Positions 6,826-12,983 of a stretch of DNA of 32,000 nucleotides are shown here, piece by piece. The number at the start of each line of letters is the position of its first letter. Positions within the stretch are counted from its first letter, which is position 1. The notes beneath the pieces were generated by a model that did not search any database, had not been told where the DNA came from, and saw nothing but the letters and a program-made list of their open reading frames with translations. Location: contig FP565575.1 of the NCBI GenBank assembly GCA_000091165.1, positions 1,470,001-1,502,000 on the forward strand. Direction: 5' to 3'. The DNA comes from Candidatus Methylomirabilis oxygeniifera. Lineage in GTDB: Bacteria > Methylomirabilota > Methylomirabilia > Methylomirabilales > Methylomirabilaceae. The position numbers and the translations under genes were made by a program.

Positions 6826-6861
6826 AGACTGAAGGGGGAAGTACCTAAAAGCCTTCAGTCT
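6826..6861 (+). terminator. Terminator-like hairpin after MCP2
   Basis: AGACTGAAGG (6826-6835) pairs with CCTTCAGTCT (6852-6861). No U-tract. Confidence 0.35.
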
Positions 6862-6901
6862 AAACCCCTAACGGCTGAGAACGATGGGGAAAGGAGGCGC
6901 T

Positions 6902-7306
6902 ATGCGAACTGATTATAACCGCGTTGCGGTCGCGGGCTACCTTACGGCAGATTCCGTATGGCGGAAAACCCGCAACGGGCGCTCCGTCACTCATTTCTAT
7001 CTGACGACCCGTCATCACAAACCCACCGGCGATATTGAGACCTCGTCGTTCCAGATCACCGCATTCGGCGACCTCGCTGACCGCTGCGCCGGCCTGCGGG
7101 TGGGACAGGTCGTACGGGTTGAAGGGCGGCTGCACGAGGATCGCTGGATGGGGCCGGACGACCGACGACGCTCGAAGGTCGTGATCGTCGCCACACATAT
7201 GCATCTGGTGCGCGAGTCCACGGAAGCGAACCGCGGGGAGGGCGCTATCATGTCACAGCAAAGACCGGAGGATCATCCGAATGTCGTCGCATGCGCCGCG
7301 GCGTGA
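6902..7306 (+). CDS. SSB-like OB-fold protein lacking the acidic C-terminal tip
   Basis: The ATG at 6902 follows AAAGGAGG (the ORF track starts earlier, at 6884). NRVAVAGYLTADSVWRKTRNGRSVTHFYLT...FQITAFGDLADRCAGLRVGQVVRVEGRLHEDRW...KVVIVATHMHLV follows the SSB OB-fold pattern. The tail ends ...PNVVACAAA, not D-D-D-I-P-F-like. Confidence 0.6.
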   Translation: MRTDYNRVAVAGYLTADSVWRKTRNGRSVTHFYLTTRHHKPTGDIETSSFQITAFGDLADRCAGLRVGQVVRVEGRLHEDRWMGPDDRRRSKVVIVATHMHLVRESTEANRGEGAIMSQQRPEDHPNVVACAAA

Positions 7307-7341
7307 TAGAGGGGTAACCACAAGGCACGAAGACGGGCGTG

Positions 7342-7371
7342 GCGCTCGGGGCAGTGCAGCCCCCCGAGCGC
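7342..7371. terminator. GC-rich hairpin between convergent genes (possible bidirectional terminator)
   Basis: GCGCTCGGGG (7342-7351) pairs with CCCCGAGCGC (7362-7371). It lies between the SSB-like stop (7306) and the PilZ stop (7372). No U-tracts. Confidence 0.4.
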
Positions 7372-8037
7372 TCACACCGTTCCGATCCGCGTCTTGACTT
7401 GACATTTCGTAATGAACTGTCTCAGCTTTCTTTCATCCGCTCGCTGTAGAGCCATCATACGGAGTGCGATCCTGCTCTGGTTCTGTCCGAGATGCCTGAA
7501 AGACTCACTCCGGACGACCCTCGCGGCAGCATGAATGGGCGACTCGCCGCGGGAGAGCGTCATCGAGAGCTCGACGGCATCCTCCGCCTCGAGGCGCCCA
7601 CTGAATACGATGAGAAGTCCGCCACAACTGATGTTCACTGCTGTGGCTCGTTCTCGCTTCACCGGCGTCCGCTCGCCTTTCGGTAGAATCAATTCTACGT
7701 CGAACAGGCACGGCTGCCTCACGTCTTCTCTTCTCTGAACTCGGCGTACCTCTCCAGGGGGCGACAGATGCAGCAGGAGGCCGGACGAGTGGAGCAGCGT
7801 GGAGCGAAAACGATAGAGGGCATCGTCGGCTGTCGCTGATACCTGCACGTCTCTCGCCGAGTTCCGAGACGTTGTCGACACGCCCCCGTCTTTGTCATGA
7901 GTCAGCGACACGACGAGTGTCTGCGAATCGATGCGCACGATGGTCCCGATCATTGAAACGGGAGGATCGGCGAACTCAACCTGCACCTTGAGGCCGTTAC
8001 AGATCTTGCTCTCCACTTCGATCTCCCAACTCCGCAC
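7372..8037 (-). CDS. PilZ-domain c-di-GMP receptor, YcgR/MotI-like (PilZN + PilZ)
   Basis: RxxxR motif (QRREDVRQ) and D/NxSxxG motif (NISCGG) at the correct spacing, with an N-terminal beta-rich ~100 aa as in YcgR-type proteins. The ORF-track start (8037) is a GTG without an SD. The GTG at 8016, preceded by GGGAG, is more likely. Confidence 0.75.
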   Translation of the reverse strand: MRSWEIEVESKICNGLKVQVEFADPPVSMIGTIVRIDSQTLVVSLTHDKDGGVSTTSRNSARDVQVSATADDALYRFRSTLLHSSGLLLHLSPPGEVRRVQRREDVRQPCLFDVELILPKGERTPVKRERATAVNISCGGLLIVFSGRLEAEDAVELSMTLSRGESPIHAAARVVRSESFRHLGQNQSRIALRMMALQRADERKLRQFITKCQVKTRIGTV

Positions 8038-8878
8038 TTCTTAGGTCCGGATCGATAGGGTGGCCGTCTTTTCGAACCTCAAAGTGCAAGTGTGTCCCCG
8101 TCGCCTTTCCTGTGGCGCCAACGATTGCAATGGGCATCTCCCGGTCCACAACAACCCCAGCCGGAATCAGGTTGGACGCGTTGTGGCCATACGAGGTCGT
8201 AAACCCGTCTGCGTGCGCCAGCACGATCAGATTGCCGTAGCCGAGGGTGCGACCACTGAAGATGACCCGGCCAGGCGCCGCCGGATAGATGAGCGATCCG
8301 GTCGGCATCCTGATGTCTACGCCGGCATGAAAGGCTCTCAACCCTGTCACCGGATCGGTTCGAGGGCCGAACGAGGAGGTGAATCGGCCCGCAAACGAAC
8401 GCATGAAGGCCTTCAGGCCATGCGGAATGCCGACAGTAGACTCGCTTACTCCCGCAACCGTGTCATCGTGGCGGAACCCGACATTCTGTTCGCTCGGCTT
8501 CGCGCCGGGGATGACGGCGGACAGATCGATGGCCTGGCCGGGACGGATGCGATCCGGATCCGCAAGCCGATTGGCCTTCGCGACGATGCCGACGGCGCGG
8601 TAGAGGGTATCGGCACCTGCCGATTTGCCGGTTTCCCGCAGCGTCGCCTGAACCAGGTGGGATAGCGTATCGCCTGTGCGGACTATGCGGATGGCCTGCG
8701 CGTTATTCTCCGCAGCAATACCGGGCGCATTCGCAGTCGTGCGCAACTGATGGCTCACCTCTGTCAGAAGACGCGGAAACGTCGGCGTACTCGATTCCTC
8801 CTTCGCCTGATCCGGCGTCCCACGATGGCCGGTCGCACTCGCCACCCCCGCGTGGCGCTCAGCCCACTTGACGTCCAT
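7997..8878 (-). CDS. LysM + M23 (LytM-type) peptidoglycan endopeptidase with no recognisable signal peptide
   Basis: LysM-like segment VRTGDTLSHLVQ...ANRLADPDRIRPGQAIDL. M23 motifs HAGVDI ... GATGKATGTHLHFEV. The N-terminus MDVKWAERHAGVASATGHRGTPDQAKEE is hydrophilic. Confidence 0.8.
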   Translation of the reverse strand: MDVKWAERHAGVASATGHRGTPDQAKEESSTPTFPRLLTEVSHQLRTTANAPGIAAENNAQAIRIVRTGDTLSHLVQATLRETGKSAGADTLYRAVGIVAKANRLADPDRIRPGQAIDLSAVIPGAKPSEQNVGFRHDDTVAGVSESTVGIPHGLKAFMRSFAGRFTSSFGPRTDPVTGLRAFHAGVDIRMPTGSLIYPAAPGRVIFSGRTLGYGNLIVLAHADGFTTSYGHNASNLIPAGVVVDREMPIAIVGATGKATGTHLHFEVRKDGHPIDPDLRSAELGDRSGEQDL

Positions 8879-9434
8879 CCCCGTGTCCCTCGATCGGTCG
8901 GCCGTTACTCTTGCCGTTTCCGCCGATCACCTCATCCGCCGACTCCTCTGCTCCGATCGACGACATCTCTGGGAGGTGAAGCGTCGACGCTTTGACCTTC
9001 CGGAGATTCATGAGCAGCGCCACCTCCCCCATAGTCATCCCGGTCGCCCGAGCCGCTTCGGCTGGTGTCAGCCCGAGGTCAAGAAGCTGAAGGGCCGCCC
9101 CGCCCGCCTCAGGCAGCCTTGGCAGCGCCTGATTTCGGTCGACCGTTCGCAGTACCTGCGCCGCCAGCACTGAAAACTCCCGAACAAGTTCTCGAAGCTC
9201 CGCCTGGGCCGCCGCCACGTCGCTTACGCGTTGCGCCACCTCTTCGGATGGCTCGACGTCGTTTCCCGACGGCTGTGGTGTCGTCCCTTGGGGCCGTCTT
9301 CTCAACAGGACAAACACCAGACAAAGGCTCACCAACGACACGATCAGCGCAGCGATCATGGCACCCTCTTGTACTCCGAGATCGACAAAAAAGGTATCCA
9401 CGTCCTTGACGATTGACGCACTCCAATCGCTCAT
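8859..9434 (-). CDS. Single-pass membrane protein with C-terminal HTH-like motif (DUF2802-like flagellar-cluster protein)
   Basis: Strong SD (AGGAGGAAGGAG) before the ATG. TM segment AMIAALIVSLVSLCLVFVLL, a coiled segment, then LLDLGLTPAEAARATGMTMGEVALLMNL. As I recall, DUF2802 proteins of proteobacterial flagellar/che clusters look like this. Confidence 0.45.
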   Translation of the reverse strand: MSDWSASIVKDVDTFFVDLGVQEGAMIAALIVSLVSLCLVFVLLRRRPQGTTPQPSGNDVEPSEEVAQRVSDVAAAQAELRELVREFSVLAAQVLRTVDRNQALPRLPEAGGAALQLLDLGLTPAEAARATGMTMGEVALLMNLRKVKASTLHLPEMSSIGAEESADEVIGGNGKSNGRPIEGHGDGRQVG

Positions 9435-9521
9435 CTCCTTCCTCCTCTGATCACGATCACTCTTCAGATTGCGATATCGATGAGCCGACCTCCGGACCGA
9501 CTGCTGGTCGTCCCCGCCGCA

Positions 9522-10901
9522 TCATCGAAAACTCTCCACCAGCCTCCGTACCGCCATACGGGTGGCGTGCTCAAATGACCATCCGACCGTCCCGGCGCTC
9601 CCCGGCGCGATCTTCCCGGCCCACAGCAGCGCTCCGGACGGCAGGGCGATGAGCCTCGCCTCTACCCCGACTCTCGTCACCCTGACCGTTCCCTCCCAAT
9701 GCTGATCCACGCCATATAGATTGACCATCATGACCCGCCGTACCCCAAGCGCTTCCCAATTGACCCCGCCCATATCGAGTGTTGAGTGCTGAGCGTTGAG
9801 TGCTGAGTCGCCGCGTGAAAGCCGTTGGTCGGCGAGCCAATCCCAGCCGCGCGATCGAGCCTCCTCCCGTACCCAATCGGGTCCCCGCGCGTCGATCCCG
9901 GCGTGCGACAGCTCAAGGACAAAGAGCCTGGCCACCTCCTCGACCAACGGTCGATCCTCAACGGACACGCGCGCCGGCAGGACTGCGGTCCGACCCTCCC
10001 TGGAGATGACAACCGGCTGGAGTGCGGGCGGAGCAGCCGGCGATGCGCATCCTCCGACCAACACACCCACGCTCAGGAGAACGGCCAACACCAGCTCGCG
10101 AAGGGTGAAGGTTGCGCTCTCTTCTGCGATGAGGTCGTCCCGGTGGAGCTTGATCTGAAGAAGTCTGGCCCGCATTCGAAGAATGGCCGAGGTATGGATC
10201 TGTGAGACGCGTGATTCCGAGACCTCCAGCACCCGGCCGATCTCTTTCATGGTCAGTTCCTCAAAGTAGTATAAGGTGAGCACCAGCCGCTCTTGAGCCG
10301 GCAACGCCTCGATAATTCCGCCGAGGAGTCGGACCCGCTCCCTACGGGCCGCTTCAGTAGACGGATCTCGACCAGCCCGGTCCGGCAGCTCCCATATAAG
10401 CCGGTCGCTCTCCGTACCGTCGGCCTCAACGCCGGGCTCATCGAGCGACACCAACACCATCCCCCTGATCTCGCCAAGCGTGCGCCAGTAGGTCTCCCGA
10501 TCCATGCCGAGCGCCGCAGCAACCTCGTCATCGCTGGGCTCCCGTCCGAGGTCGACCTCCAGCCGCACCAGCGTCTGCTGGATCTCCCGCGCCTTCGCTC
10601 GGAGTGAACGTGGCGCAAAATCCTGCGCTCTGAGATCATCCAGAATAGCGCCGCGGATCCGGTATTGGGCATAGGTCGCGAACTCCGACGGCTGATCCGG
10701 GTCATAGTGCTCGACGGCGCTCACCAGACCCACCGCACCGGCACTCTCCAGATCGTCCAACTCGACACACGACGGCAGTTGCAACGAGAGCCGCCCGGCG
10801 ACCTGGCGCACAAGGGAGATGTTCGCCGTAATCAACCGATCTCTCAGCCCGGGGTCCTTCGTCTGTCGGTAGGCTTTCCAGTCTTCCCGCGTGATCTCCA
10901 T
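9522..10901 (-). CDS. fliA: Flagellar sigma-28 (FliA/WhiG family) fused in frame to a TM/lipobox segment and a ~175-aa extracytoplasmic domain
   Basis: Residues 1-250 show sigma-70 regions 2-4 (DLESAGAVGLVSAVEHYDP..FATYAQYRIRGAILD ; LPAQERLVLTLYYFEELTMKEIGRVLEVSESRVSQIHTSAILRMRARL). Residues 269-285 are LVLAVLLSVGVLVGGC. Residues 286-459 are a globular-looking domain. The frame has no stop and no plausible internal start. Confidence 0.8.
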   Translation of the reverse strand: MEITREDWKAYRQTKDPGLRDRLITANISLVRQVAGRLSLQLPSCVELDDLESAGAVGLVSAVEHYDPDQPSEFATYAQYRIRGAILDDLRAQDFAPRSLRAKAREIQQTLVRLEVDLGREPSDDEVAAALGMDRETYWRTLGEIRGMVLVSLDEPGVEADGTESDRLIWELPDRAGRDPSTEAARRERVRLLGGIIEALPAQERLVLTLYYFEELTMKEIGRVLEVSESRVSQIHTSAILRMRARLLQIKLHRDDLIAEESATFTLRELVLAVLLSVGVLVGGCASPAAPPALQPVVISREGRTAVLPARVSVEDRPLVEEVARLFVLELSHAGIDARGPDWVREEARSRGWDWLADQRLSRGDSALNAQHSTLDMGGVNWEALGVRRVMMVNLYGVDQHWEGTVRVTRVGVEARLIALPSGALLWAGKIAPGSAGTVGWSFEHATRMAVRRLVESFR

Positions 10902-10959
10902 TTTTCCTCAGAACATAGGCGATTAGGCTGAAGGGTGTGAGGGCCTATCTACCTGCCTC

Positions 10960-11820
10960 TTACAGTTGCGACGTCCAGTACATTATTCGATCCCAGAAGG
11001 GCTCCGATTGCGGGGCCCGACCGCTCGACGTCGTGAGCGTCTTTGCCAGATCGACAAGCGAGCGCGAGGCTTTCGCGTATGGGAAGCAGACCGAGAACGG
11101 CTTCTGCTCGCAGACTGCGCGTCCAACGCACTCATCCCGAAGCACATGGCCCACAAACCCGACCTCCACCTTCAGGAAGTGCCGGATCACCCGCTGCAAC
11201 TGTTCGAACAGCTCTTCGGCTTGAGAGGCCCCTTCCACCATGTTGATCAGGATCCCCGCACGCGGATCGGCGCGATGGCGCGACAGAACCTTGATCACCG
11301 CGTAGGCATCGGTGATGGCGGTGGGCTCCGGGACGGTGACGACGATCGCCTCGTCGGCCGCCAGGATCAGACTGAGGACGTTGGGCGAGATTCCGGCCGC
11401 GGTATCCAGCAGCAGGATATCGACCAATCCCTCCAGTTGTCCCAGCCGCCCAAGCAGCCTGGCCTGGTCCGCAGGCGCGAGGTTGGCCATCGCTTCGACC
11501 CCTCGGCTCGCCGGGATGACGTACAGGCCATTGGGCCCTCGGAGCATGATGTCGTGAAGCTCCTTCTGTCCTTCGACGACATGACGAAGCGTAAACTTCG
11601 GCGCCAGCCCCAACAGCACATCGACGTTCGCAAGACCCATATCGCCGTCGAGGAGGGCTACGCGGTGGCCTTCCCCGGCCAGTAACAGGCCGAGATTCAC
11701 GGCCAACGACGTCTTGCCGACGCCTCCCTTCCCGCTGGTGATCGCAATCGTCCGGAGCCCTCGTTCGGTCGCGATCGCGCTGCCGCGGAGCTTCGATGCC
11801 TGATCCTGCATCTGTCTCAT
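10960..11820 (-). CDS. flhG: Flagellar number/placement ATPase FlhG (MinD/ParA family; FleN/YlxH)
   Basis: Deviant Walker A SGKGGVGKTS. Position directly after flhF with an ATGA overlap. C-terminal amphipathic tail. Confidence 0.85.
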   Translation of the reverse strand: MRQMQDQASKLRGSAIATERGLRTIAITSGKGGVGKTSLAVNLGLLLAGEGHRVALLDGDMGLANVDVLLGLAPKFTLRHVVEGQKELHDIMLRGPNGLYVIPASRGVEAMANLAPADQARLLGRLGQLEGLVDILLLDTAAGISPNVLSLILAADEAIVVTVPEPTAITDAYAVIKVLSRHRADPRAGILINMVEGASQAEELFEQLQRVIRHFLKVEVGFVGHVLRDECVGRAVCEQKPFSVCFPYAKASRSLVDLAKTLTTSSGRAPQSEPFWDRIMYWTSQL

Positions 11821-12983
11821 CTCTCCTTCCCGCCCTCTGACTCACCGACCAGACGCCACGCCAGCCGTAACGGCTGCGCCTCTTCGATGTCGTCCGGAAC
11901 TTCCTGACCCGTTGTCAGATATGAAATGGGAACAGCAGCCGTCAGTGCGGCCTCGCACACCGGCCCCACGGTAGCGGTTTCATCGAGTTTGGTGGCGATA
12001 ATGGAACTGAAGCCCAGCGGCCTGTACGCCTCGACGGCCTGCAACAGGTCAGCCCGCTTGGTCGTTGCGCTCAACACCAGGTGCACCTCGTATCCGTCGT
12101 CGCTGCCGGCATAGGTCGCCAACTCCTCCAATTGATCCTTCCGCCTCGCACTCCGTCCGACCGTATCAATGAAGATCACATCGGCGTCCCGATCGCCCGC
12201 AAGCGCCCGCTTCAGGTCCGCCGGAAGCGGCGCCACACAATAGGGCAGTCCGATCAGTTCGGCGTAGTTCTTCAGTTGCTGGGCGCCGGCGATCCGATAC
12301 GTGTCGGTAGTAATCAGCGCAACTCTTTTTCCCTCGCGGAAACGACACCCGGCCGCCAGCTTTGCGATGGTCGTCGTCTTGCCGACGCCCGTCGGCCCGA
12401 CCAGCGCCACGACCCGTCGCCCATTTCCGGCCTTGGGAACGGGCAGCCCGACGATCTCACGAGCCAACACCTCGGCGAGCAACGCCGATACCGGCGTCGA
12501 ATCGGGTGATGCCGCCTCTCGAAGTCTGTCCCGCACGGAGACCACCCACCGACGGGCTACGCCCTCTTCCACCTCCTGGGAGAGCAGCGCCCAGTAGATC
12601 CGGCCGAGCGACTGGGGCAGATCGGGCGGCAGGTGCCCTCGCCCGTACAGACCGGACACCATCCCTTTGACCTGCTCAAGCTCCCGTTGCAACGCTCCCA
12701 GATCGATTGAGGAATCGGGCAAATTCCCCCCAGACATTCGCGCCTCGGATCTCTGAAGTCCCCCCATCCCCCCTTTAACAAAGGGGGGCGAGGGGGGATT
12801 TTGGGCCGGCGGATCACCGTCCAGCGCTGCCACGACCTCCACACCCTGCCGCTTCGCAAACGGCATGGCACCGGCAAGCGGAATACTCTTGGTGTGCAGA
12901 ATCACGGCCTCAGGACCTAACTCTTCCCCGATCTGCCGCAACGCGTCATCCATGGTCGCCGCGCGGAATCGCTTAAGATGCAT
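11817..12983 (-). CDS. flhF: Flagellar SRP-type GTPase FlhF
   Basis: G-motifs LVGPTGVGKTTTIAKLAA, DTVGR, TKLDE. Located after flhA. Confidence 0.9.
   Translation of the reverse strand: MHLKRFRAATMDDALRQIGEELGPEAVILHTKSIPLAGAMPFAKRQGVEVVAALDGDPPAQNPPSPPFVKGGMGGLQRSEARMSGGNLPDSSIDLGALQRELEQVKGMVSGLYGRGHLPPDLPQSLGRIYWALLSQEVEEGVARRWVVSVRDRLREAASPDSTPVSALLAEVLAREIVGLPVPKAGNGRRVVALVGPTGVGKTTTIAKLAAGCRFREGKRVALITTDTYRIAGAQQLKNYAELIGLPYCVAPLPADLKRALAGDRDADVIFIDTVGRSARRKDQLEELATYAGSDDGYEVHLVLSATTKRADLLQAVEAYRPLGFSSIIATKLDETATVGPVCEAALTAAVPISYLTTGQEVPDDIEEAQPLRLAWRLVGESEGGKER

Noticed and set aside
10966-11845. ORFs 10966..11685(+) and 11132..11845(-) overlapping flhG
   Set aside because: Arg/Gly/Asp-rich shadow frames. 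The 10960..11820 frame has the MinD/ParA Walker A and correct synteny.
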